The notes under the pieces were generated by a model. That model saw only the letters and a program-made list of their open reading frames with translations, was not told the origin of the DNA and did not search any database. Below are positions 51,159-61,500 of a stretch of DNA of 64,000 nucleotides, one piece after another. This stretch comes from Rhizaria sp. SCN 62-66 (Eukaryota): assembly GCA_001724265.1 (NCBI GenBank), contig MEDY01000188.1:1-64000 (forward strand), in the 5' to 3' direction. Both the position numbers and the translations under genes were made by a program. Every line of letters begins with the position of its first letter. Within the stretch, counting starts at the first letter, position 1.

Positions 51159-51641
51159 ATGATTGATCGCAAGTCAGGTCTCGACGACAACCTCCGCGCA
51201 CGCGGCCGCTTCGCCAGGGACGGCCGCCTGTGCGTGAACAACATGCGGAATCCAGATATCAAGCAACAAGTTGCGTAGCTGTACGCGCAGAAGCGGCTTT
51301 ACGGCGAGGGCCCGGAGACGAGGGCGTGCCTAGTCACCGTGCGCAACGCTCAAGTAGAGATTGACTTTGAGTTCGTCAATGAGTCGACCACGTTTCCCGC
51401 TGGCACTGGCACTGGCGCTGGCGATGGCAGCAATGGTGACGACGCTATCGGCGGTTGGTTAAGCCTCCCAGCAGTCAGGGAGCCGATCGGCGACGTGAAT
51501 GTGGAGGAGATGGATGAAATACGTCACCAGCGCTCACACGATCAGGTCGAACCCAATCGTCACACAAAACTATTGAACAATATAATCGACACCGTATCGG
51601 TCTCAGTAGTGCTGCAGCTGCCGGCTTCACTGTGCGCTTGA
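51159..51641 (+). CDS. Small hypothetical protein (~160 aa) with one in-frame TAG
   Basis: CACC-ATG at 51159 opens a GC-rich, coding-like frame that continues through TAG 51276-51278 (DIKQQVA*LYAQKRLY) into track ORF 51339-51641, ending TGA. It may be a gene fragment. Confidence 0.45.
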
Positions 51642-54343
51642 AAGCACGAGATCACGGCTGCGTCAAAGGGCTCGTCGCCACAGTCCCGTTCAATCGGGCC
51701 AGCATCCTGCGGGCTACACGACACCACGCGGCCGACGGGCACGGCGCCGCGCAGCAGACTGGTCGGGCACGGCTTGAACACGATGAACCACGGCGTGTCG
51801 AACTGCCCTATCTCGCAATGGACGTCACTCTTGCCACAGAGCACGCTGCGCGGGTACATAAGCACCGTGCCGACCGGGTAGAGTGCCTCTTCCGTTGTGT
51901 CCTCTGATGCCGGATCTGCTGTTGGAAGGTTATATTCGCCGAAAATGATATCCGACTCTGGCAGCGCAATCGGGGACGTGAAACAGGGAGCGACTGAGGA
52001 GGGGTGATACAACGTGGCGAAAGGCAACGAGGCCGTCGCAGACTGTCCGCAGGGCACGAAACACCGGTGTACGAGCGTGCCGAGCGTCGGCAGCCTCCCC
52101 TCCTCGGAGACGGCGGCAAGGCGGAAGTGCGCGGCGTGACTGGGAAACTTCTCGTCGTTGAGACGTAGCACCACCCAGTACTCATCATGACGATGAGTTT
52201 GCGCATTGTAGAAACTCGCCTCCATTATAATGTCAGATAACATGAAGTTGGCTGCGAGCCGATCGCGTTGAGAGCCCGCCACGCGCTCCCGCGCCCGCGC
52301 CTGCAGCACCGCCAGCGCCGCCGCCGTCGGCGTGTAAAGCGGCCGCGCAGGCGCAGGGAGCACGCGCCACGAATCGAGGGCGGTAAGCCGCGTGACGCGT
52401 CGCGGGTAACCACACTCAGCCTCCAGGCGCCACGCCGTGAGCGCGTTGAGCGCCTCGATCCAGCCGCCGCGGTACTGGCGCGTGATTGCGCCGACCTCCG
52501 CCGCCGTCCGCTTGCGCTGCGCAGCGGCCTCCGCAGTCTCAGGGGCGGCCGGGCTGAGCGCGGTCGTGCCCTCAAGCAGCGCGCGCAGCCGCGTGAGCTC
52601 CTGCAGCGCGGTGTTGTCGTCCTGCTGTGTGAATTCGGCATAGCGCAGCAGCTCGATCGCCTGCAGGCCGCGGCACGAGATGAATGTCCACACGAAGCGG
52701 TTGCGCGGCTCTTCGTCGAAACCATTCTCGTCGTCAGGCGCAGCACTGGCAGCAACGGCAGCAGCGGCAGCGGCAGCCTTGGGATCTGGCATAGTGTCAT
52801 CGGCCGACATCAGCAGGCGTAGCACGCGCATCAGACGCACGATCGCATCATCACCTGGAGCAGTCGCACTCTGACTCTGGCGCTAATTCTGCGTCTGCAC
52901 CGGGACGACATCAATGCTGTTAGATTGCCCGCTCCAGAGCGACGCAGCGTGCAACAAATACGTTAAACACTGCACAACGCCACTGTGAAGCAGATGTCGT
53001 GCCACATTACGTAATGCACGATTATTACCAGCATCACCAGCATCACCGTCGTCGGCAGCAGCAAACTCAGGAAGCATGGACTCAAAAAGACGCGCCGCAT
53101 TCTGCAAGAGAGCAGAACGCTCGGCAAGGTGCAGTCTGCTGTAGGAATTTTCAATGCCGATGGAAATCAACGCGAGATTGTCCGACAATGAAAGTTGCTG
53201 CTGCGCAAAGGCGGGGAAGCGCCGCGCCAGCCGTGTGAACACATCAACGAGCGGCACAACGAGTGTCCGGGGCAGTTCCTGGATGTCTGCGTCAAGGATT
53301 GCGCGCACCAGCGACAGGCGCAGGGGCGTGAAAATGCGCTCGACGGTAGCGTCGTCGCAGTCCTCATCAAGAGCGGCGACGCACCGCTGGAGGAGGCTGA
53401 GGGGAGGGAACGGTTTCTGCTCGTCCCAACGGTCCGTGTACGTGGGGATGTCTCGCAACACAGTGTCGAATTCTTCGCTAAGCGTGAACTGCACAATGGC
53501 GTCAACATGCGCCGCGTCACCACCGTCGTGAGAGCTGCAGGAGCGGAACAGGGCTTGGAGCGCAGCGCACAACGATTCGCGGATTCGGTGATGAGACTCG
53601 TCTTCAACACAGGCACGAGAGAGCTCAGCATGCAGCAGCGGCACGTAAGACGCAATTGCAGCATATGGTGGGGGCAGGCCGTGGAAGCACAGAGCCGCGA
53701 CAGCGTTGAAAAATGTATCGCGAAGCATCATGGACAAGAGCTCGTTATCAAATGCTGCGACAGACTGCTCCATGCGCATACAGGCGAGCACGTCGGACAA
53801 CGCAGAGTGCCGGACAGCATCGGTAATAAGCGGAGATACAGATGCAGCGGTCACGAGCAGAAGGGTCCCTATCATCGCATGCTGAAATGTGGAAGCATCG
53901 GTGTCGCTGCTATCGGCGTTATGGCGCGCCGCTTCTTTCTTGATGTTGATCATCATGCCACAGCGGATAACCAGCGCACCAGCGCGCGTGACGGCGTCAT
54001 TCAGAGCCGCCACAGTAAATGCGTTTGCTTTGATGGCAGAATCACCATGAGTGACAAACTTTGGTAACTCCTTGTCAGCAATTGTCCTAAGAAAAAAGGT
54101 TACGAAGCTGAGGTTGCGTGCTGACTCATAATCGTCATTGTAAATGCCAAGGAGCTGAACAAGCAGGCAAACAATCTCGCTGTCCAACAAGATGTTGAAA
54201 GTCATGGGCTCTGCCTCGGTGCAGCAGTTATTAATGGCGGCCTCAAGCTCGGAGAAGTGAGAACTGAGATTTGACGGCGCGAGGCTGCAGACCTTGCCTA
54301 ACGCAGTGTGGAGAAAAGTGAGGAGATCAGAATTTGATTCCAT
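51560..54343 (-). CDS. Divergent importin-alpha-like ARM-repeat protein with a C-terminal degenerate cyclophilin-like domain (~927 aa), one in-frame TAG
   Basis: ATG at 54343 (MESNSDLL). Track ORFs 52883-54412 and 51560-52840 are in the same frame, separated only by TAG 52883-52885. ARM-like segments LRDTFFNAVAALCFHGLPPPY..YVPLLHAEL..IRESLCAALQALF and NRFVWTFISCRGLQAIELL. Cyclophilin-like segment at ~51640-52180. Stop TGA. Confidence 0.7.
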
Positions 54344-55429
54344 ATCGCACAAGAACGACCGTAGCAGATGATATGTCTTAGGTTGTAGACTAGAATTAGT
54401 TCCCGGAAACAACGGTGTGAGACCTTATCACGATAATACAGCACTAATACACCGTTAAAGGGAATGCATTAAAGGAGGTGAGCTGGGGATGAGCCTGAGT
54501 TTTTACAAATTTCATAGCAACATCCGAAGATTTAGCGGATTTCATAAACAGAATACAGTCTTACCGATGCATTTACACCAAAATCATATTATTACAGTCC
54601 GTTTTAGATTGACAGTACATCGTGGTATCGATCCAAACTACTAAGAAAGACAATCTCTCGAACTGTGGAGTGGAGGCTGTGTACATGTTGAGCATTACTG
54701 GTGAAACAGCGTCCTCTGGGGAATATATATTCATGAATCAAATAATGAACGCGCCTAGTTTATGTCCAGATCCGTATGATTCAGGTTTCTTCGAGCTTAT
54801 GATGCCATACATTTCTGAGTGCTGCAGCTAGCATTAAGGCGCGTATGGTGTGAGAGTCTAGTTTGGATACGATCGAAAATTGTTGTATTCAGTCAATACT
54901 AGAATACATTATTCGCGTGTCACCTTTTATACGATTAAATAACTACATACAGTTCCATTATATGCCATTTTATGATGATTGTTTTACTTCTTGCTCGACT
55001 TCTCCTTCTTCTCGGAGGTCTCACCAGTCACAGCATGGCGACTACTCATGCGCCGGGTTCGGCAGTCTTCGCCTTGCTCCGGCTATTGCTCTTGGACTGA
55101 ACAATATCAGCAGCAGCAGTATCAGTATCAGCGACAGCAGAGGTAGTGACATGACTGTCACAGAAGCCTTCGTCTTAGCGGCGGCGGTGGAAGCACGGCG
55201 ACCGCGGGCGGGCGCGGCAGCGGCCACGGGGGCGGGCGCGAGCGCCTCCGCAGCCGCCGCAGTGGCCGTGGCAGCCTCAGCGCCCGCTCACTGCATCAGC
55301 GCTAGCAGCAGCGTCCTGACGCCGCCGGCGCTCGCGGTCGCGGCGCCAGTCGCGGCGCCAGCAGCGGCCGCGGCGGTGGTGGCGGTTGAGCGGCGGCACG
55401 CGCGGTTCAGCCGCGCCAGCGCCGCGCCC
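54253..55429. repeat. Unit 1 of a local tandem duplication (5' end and upstream region of the ARM-cyclophilin gene + 3' flank and 3' end of URB1)
   Basis: 54253-~54700 aligns by eye with 55430-~55865. 54690-54718 aligns with 58323-58350, and ~54846-55429 aligns with ~58356-59110, with substitutions and indels. Confidence 0.88.
54984..55429 (-). pseudogene. Duplicated, internally deleted 3' fragment of the URB1 gene
   Basis: Near-identical to 58501-59110, including the terminal TAA, but lacks ~200 bp (~58560-58765) and has no start of its own. Confidence 0.85.
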
Positions 55430-55520
55430 AGAAGTGAGAACTGAGACTTGACGGCGCGAGGCTGCAGACCTTGCCTAACGCAGTGTGGAGAAAACTGAGG
55501 AGATCAGAATTTGATTCCAT
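55407..55520 (-). pseudogene. Chimeric 37-aa ORF: copy of the ARM-cyclophilin N-terminus fused out of frame to the URB1 fragment
   Basis: MESNSDLLSFLHTALGKVCSLAPSSLSSHF|WARRWRG-TGA. Junction at 55429/55430. Confidence 0.75.
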
Positions 55521-55865
55521 ATCGCGCAAGAATGACCGTGGCAGATGATATGTCTCAAGTTGTCGACTAGAATGAATGACATTGTTAGACTTTATCACGA
55601 TAATACAGCACCGATAAAGGGAATGCATCAAACGAGGTGAGTTGGAGATAAGCCAGAGTTATTACACATTTCACGACAACATCCAAAGATTTAAAAAATT
55701 TCACAAACAGAATAAGATGTCATCTCTGCGTTTACATCAAAGACAACATGCTAATATAGTCCGTTTCACATTGACAGTACATGTACATCGTGGCATCGAT
55801 CCAAACGACTAAGAAAGACAATATCCAACTCTGGAATAGAGGCTGTGTACAGGTTGACCATATGG
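55430..55865. repeat. Left part of duplication unit 2 (copy of 54253-~54700)
   Basis: Shared blocks include GACGGCGCGAGGCTGCAGACCTTGCCTAACGCAGTGTGGAGAAAA and GTACATCGTGG(T/C)ATCGATCCAAAC(T/G)ACTAAGAAAGACAAT. Confidence 0.88.
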
Positions 55866-56268
55866 TAAATGTGTACAAACGTACTGTACGTACTAGATAC
55901 AGTACCATGGTTCGTGATCTCCACGTAAGGCGTACTTTAAAAGATATAAGCAATGTACATATACTGTATTTCTCAGCTAGGTCGGACTTGCATCAAGTCT
56001 TAAAATACTGCAGTTCTACTATTAATATAAGCTTATCATTAAGTCACGATCACAAAAAAATATGGGATAATTTGGTGGGATAATTTGGTGTAATTCTACA
56101 GTTATAAGTTGGAAGACTGATTACTTGTACGGTCGAAGCATTGTCCGTCTTGTTGCCACTCGGCGGCACATTCCCAGCATCTTCTGTGACAGCAGACTCG
56201 GCAGCAGTGCTATTGTTGCCACTGTCCTCGTTCGTTTCCCCTGTCGCCGTCGTCTCGGGCTGCTCAGT

Positions 56269-58091
56269 TTAAGTTTGTGAGTTGGCATCATCATGATCAG
56301 GATAATCATCATAACCGTCCTGAGGGTCAATCTCGCCATGATCTTCGTCCTCGCTCTCACCCTCACCACCCTCGCCCTCACCGTCCCGATCTTCGTCCCC
56401 GTCTACGTCCTCTTCCTCAGCGGCATCATTGTCGCCATGATTGTTACCGCCACCCCTCGCCTGGGCGTTGGCTTCGGCGATGCGATTCCGCCTCATAAGC
56501 ACGTCCTGTGGCACCCCAAAGTCGCCGATGATGTCTATCAGAAGATGCACCAGCTGCATTGTCTCCTCCCGTGCCTCCGTGATCACACACGCATTGTGGT
56601 CCTCAAGCAGCTTCAGCAGCTCCATGTGGCCGTCGAACGCGCAAAACGCCGCCAGGGCCTCGTTGCGAGGCCGCGCGCGCTCGGTCAGCACCGCAGGGTC
56701 CGGGCTCGTGTCGCCGAGGCAGATGATCTCGGTCACGGCCTGCATAAACCGGCCAAGCTGCCCCTTCAGCGGCGGCACCCGCAGCGTGCCCGCGGCCCCG
56801 ATCGCATAGGCGCAGTAATAAAGCGCGCGCGCGCCGATCAGCAGCTGCGCCACGGCCCCGCGGCCGCCGTCAACGCTGCCGGTCGCGACGTCGTCCATCG
56901 CGTTGTCCAGAACCCAGGAGATCTCGTTGCTGACCGACCACTCGGCGGCATAGTTGTCCTCGTCGCGCGGCGGTACGGGCGCTCGCGTAATCAGCGCGGA
57001 CAGCACGTTGCCCATCAGCACACGCGCCGCCGTCTCCGGGCAGTCAGCGAGCAGGTTCGAGACGAGCAACGCAAGCTCGCGGAACGTCTCCGTTTCATTT
57101 TGGTCCAGCTCCTCGGCCAGCCGGCGCAGGTGGGCCACCACGGCCGGCGTGAAGAAGATCCGTTCGCGGCCGCCGTCAAGCGTGGACAAGTTGCCCAACA
57201 GGCGCAGCACTGGCGTGCGGGTCGACTTGGGCCCGTGCAGCTGCCGCGCAACGCGGGACAGAATGCAATCGAAATCTACGTCACCGTCACCAGGAGGCGC
57301 GACGCTATCGTCAAGGATACTGTTCTTGTCCTTGGGGACGATGAGGAGGTCTTCAAACCGAACGCCCTCGGACTCTTCGCGAAACATGTTCTCGCGAAAC
57401 ATGTTCGTCAGACTCCACGCACGTCGACGAGCGCGTTGTGCAGGCTGTCGTGCTCAGAGTCGTGCTCGGAGAAGCGCCGCAGGCAGCGCGCAAGCAGCGG
57501 CACGACTGGCGCTAGTTGTGAGTACGGCAGCCCGACCTGCGTGAAGCTGCACACCGTCCACAAGAGCGTGTTCTGCACCGCGTCCCCCGTGGAGCCGAAG
57601 CCGTGTGCGTCGGCGTCAGCGTCGGCGTCGACCTCGGCGAGGAAGCGGATGACGTGGGCGAATACCCCGCGCTCGATGAGCGAGTCGGTGATGTCGCGGT
57701 TCATCTTGGCAATGCAGCCCAGCGCCCAGAGCGCGTACTCGACAATGTCGTCGGGCTGGCCGAGGTAGAGCACGCAGCGGAGCTTCTCGGCGACGCCGCG
57801 TTCAAGCATCGCGGTGCAGCCCGATGTAGATACGGCGAGGTCGATAAACACCGAGAGCGTTTTAATCGACCGTTCGGATTCGTCCGCGTCCCCGCAGTAG
57901 TCGAGTGAGCGCAGAAGCCAGTCGAGCACGCTGTGCTCGAGGCAGGCCTCGGTTAAAGCCACCAGGTCTGAGTCCGACTTGGTGGCCGAGGTGATGCAGC
58001 GTAGAGCCTCGATGCCGGCGGACGAGGGCGCCAGTGATGTCAGAGACGCGAGCGCATTCTGGAACTAGCCGTTGGTAAACGGGGTTGTCAT
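56269..58091 (-). pseudogene. Importin-alpha-like ARM-repeat gene with a 1-nt frameshift (probable pseudogene or sequence error)
   Basis: GCGCGCC-ATG at 58091, TAG at codon 9 (58065-58067). ARM motifs VEYALWALGCIA, VLRLLGNLST, FRELALLVSNLL and VSNEISWVLDNA. Frameshift at ~57421 (GAC GT GCG TGG AGT = D[V]AWSLTN). In-frame 15-bp duplication MFRENMFRE. TAA at 56269-56271 is followed by more coding-like acidic sequence. Confidence 0.7.
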
Positions 58092-58500
58092 GGCGCGCGC
58101 TGCCGCGCGAAATCAAAACTAACACAACTAACTGGTTGCTGTTCCCCCACTACAGACCACTAGCGTAAGGCAGCTAAAACAAACATTGGAATCGTACGCA
58201 AGTGATAAATTACGTTAGAAGGTGTTGTATTTTCTAGTATAATCGGTTTATCAACGAAATTTGTCCATTCACAATGGACTCATTCAACCTTCCCCAGTAT
58301 CCTGGTTAACGAGTGGTGACGTGAGCACGACTGGAGAGACAGCGTCCTCTCTCGTTGGTGTGACGTGACTGAGTCTAGTTTGGGTACGATCGAAGATGGT
58401 TGTATTCAGTCAATACTAGAATAAATTATTCGTGTGTCACCTTTTATACGATTAAACAACTACATACAGTCCCATGATATGTCATTTTATGATGATTGTT

Positions 58501-61500
58501 TTACTTCTTGCTCCTCTTCTTCTCGGAGGTCTCAACAGTCACAGCATGGCGACTACTCGGGCGCGTCACGCGTTGCGGCGCCTCCACAGCAGCCTCCTTG
58601 CCATCACTGTCGTCGCCGCTATCGTCGTCGCTCTCGTCGAGCTTGGCCGCAGTCGTCTTGCGGGCCCTCTTGACGCGCGCGCCCACGACCGTCTCCTCCT
58701 CAGCCTCCTTCTTCTCGACCCCGGCATCGGGGTCCGAGTCGGGCTCACGCGCGGCGGCCGCGGCGAGCTCGGCAGTCTTTGCCTTGCTCCGGCTTTTGCT
58801 CTTAGGCTCAACAGCATCAACAGCAGCAGCAGTATCAGCGACAGCAGTCACAGAAGCCTTCGTCTTAGTGGAAGCACGGCGACCGCGGGCGGGCGCGGCA
58901 GCGGCCACGGGGACGGGCGCGAGCGCCTCCCCAGCCGCCGCAGTGGCCGTGGCAGCCTCAGCGCCCGCTCGCTGCATCAGCGCCAGCAGCAGCGTCCTGA
59001 CGCCGCCGGCACTCGCGGTCGCGGCGCCAGTCGCGGCGCCAGCAGCGGCCGCGGCGGTGGTGGCGGTTGAGCGGCGGCACGCGCGGTTCAGCCGCGCCAG
59101 CGCCGCGCCCCTGGTGGCGCAGGCGAGCAGAAGCGCGTGCGCGTAGTGGCTGAGGCTCGCGACCGCAGCGCTGGCGTCGGCGACGAAGCGCGCCACCGCG
59201 GTCGCCGCCACACGTGCCTCGCTCTCACCGTCACCAGTACGGGTGCGAGCAACACTGGAGGCGGACTCGGTGACGGCGGCGCAGAGGTTGAGTCCGACGG
59301 CCAGCGCAGCCGCAAGCGAGCGCGCAGACGCGGCCGCGCTCGCCGCAGCCGCCACGGGCGCAGTTGCGAGGACATGGGCTGGGGTGGGAGCGGGGCGCCA
59401 GAGAGCGCAGTGCGAGACGAAGGCGGCCGTGAGCGCGGTAAGCACGCGCACGGGCAGCGGGGCTGCGGCGGGCACGGCGGGCACCACTGCCGCAGCAGCA
59501 GCCGCAACAGAGTCCCTTGCGGCGACGGAGGCGGCAGCGGCGGCGGCGGTGGCGGCGGCTGCGGTGAAGCAGAAGCCGCGCGCGTGTCCGTAGGGTGCGA
59601 ACTGCCCCAGGGCACTGGCGCCAGTGCCAGCGGCGCCCCGGCGGCCGTCGAGGCCCGCGGTGAGATAGGCGGCGAGCGCAGAGGCCCACGGCAGCGAGAC
59701 GAGCGGCGCGCGCGTGGCGTCCGCGACCTCGCGGGCCTGGCGCAGCTTGCGCGGCGTACTGCTGGCGTCGCTGGCCTTGTCGGTGGCGGCGAGCGCGGTG
59801 GCGAGCGCGGCTGCGTTGGCTGCGAAGGTCGCCACAGTCGCGTGTAGCGACAGCGGCAGGGCGGGGGGCACGCGCGCGGTCACGGCCTCCGCGGACAGAG
59901 ACAGCGCTGTCGCGGCCGAGATCTGCAGAGACGTTACCGTCACCGGGCCGCCCGCAGCGGGCGCGGCGGCCGCGGCGCGGGCGGTGGCGCGGCGGCGCTT
60001 GCGGTTCTCGGACTCGGACTCGGACTCGGAGTCGGACTCGGAGTCAGATGCGTCGTCATCATCGGCGTCAGAGCTATCCGAGTTGGAGTCCGAATCGGAG
60101 TCCAACTGCTCGCCGGCGAGCCTGCGAGCAGTCAGATAAGCGTTGTGCGAGAGCATGGCTGCCGCGATCTGCGCGAGCACAGTCGACGCGATGGCTGCGG
60201 CCTCGGTCGCCGTGTGGGACAGGCCGCGGACGCCGCTGCCCACGGTCTCGTCGGCACTCGCCACCACACTGTCAGTGCCGGCGACTGTCGCAGGGGTGGA
60301 GGCGGGGGCGGAGACACCCAGCAGCGCAAGCAGCGAGCCCGGGGCGCCGGCGGCGGCAGCGGCCACACTGCTGCTGCCGCTGCCGCTGCCGGCGAGAGCA
60401 ACGGCGTTGGCGCTGCCATCGGGGCCCGCGGCACTGGCACCGAGCGCGGCCTCGGTGCCGCCGCCGCCGCTGTTGAGCACCGGGTGCGAGCCGTCGGCTA
60501 GGCCGCGCAGCCATGCCACGACGCCGTGCTGCTGCACGAGCGTGTACGCGGCGCCCGGCGAGACCGCGACGGCCCGGAGCAGGAAGCGCAGCAGCAGCAC
60601 CAGCGTCGCGCGGTCGCATGCGGGCGAGTCGGCAAAAGACAGCAGCGCGGGCCACATGCGGCGCCGCGCCAGCACGACCGCGTCCTCGTGGCAGATCATC
60701 GCGTCGTGCAAGTACTTAAACAGGAACGCGTGGTGATGGCGGTAGTTGAGCGAGTTCGTGTGCATCAGCGCGCCAAAGAGCTGCACCTTGCGCGTGTCCA
60801 GCGCGGGCTTGCCTAGCAGGAAGCGGTTGAAGGCGCCGCACAGCGGGCTGTGGTGCGCCAGGATCACAGAGGCGGACTTAGCGAGGAAAACAGTGGCGAG
60901 GTTCGGCAGCCGCTGGTTGGGCGACGTGACCGTGTTGCGCAGCACCATGAGGAGCGTGAGCAGCTGGGCCTGGTCCGCGAACGAGTCAGTGGGGAGGTAG
61001 CCCTGCTCGTCGTAAGGGCCTGTGCCCCAGCCGGTGACCTCGGCCTCGCCGGCGTCGTCGCCGGCCCTCTTGCCGCCGTCGTCGTCATCACCATCGCCAC
61101 CGCGGCCGCGGCGATGGCGGCGGCGGTCCCAGCCGTCGTTGTTGTTGTCGTCGCCGTTGCCGTCGTAGTCGCTGTCGAACTCGTCCGCCTTGCGCGTGCC
61201 GTCCTCCCCGTACGCCATGTACTCGTCGATGTTGACGTTGAGCTCGCGCAGCTTCTTGCGCAGCGCGCGCTCACGGTCCTGCTTCTCCCACTGGCTCAGC
61301 CGCTCGCGCTTCTCGCGGCTCGCCTGCCGCCGCCGCGCCGTGCGCGCGACAAGCCGCTGCAGCAGGCCCATGACGCGCGCCAGACAAGCGTAGGCCAGTG
61401 CGCGCAGCCGCGGGGCCGTGAGCGAGCAGCAGCGGATGACGTAGCCCAGCACGCCCGAGGTGGCGAGCCGGTACAGGTCCAGCGAGCAGTGGTGCAGGTA

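Noticed and set aside
7514-58067. Pyrrolysine, selenocysteine or RNA editing as the explanation for internal stops
   Set aside because: Pyrrolysine is not known in eukaryotes and no pyl genes are present. Selenocysteine uses UGA. A-to-I editing (UAG to Trp) fits the Gln-rich contexts poorly and would not explain the absence of terminal TAG; it cannot be fully excluded without cDNA.
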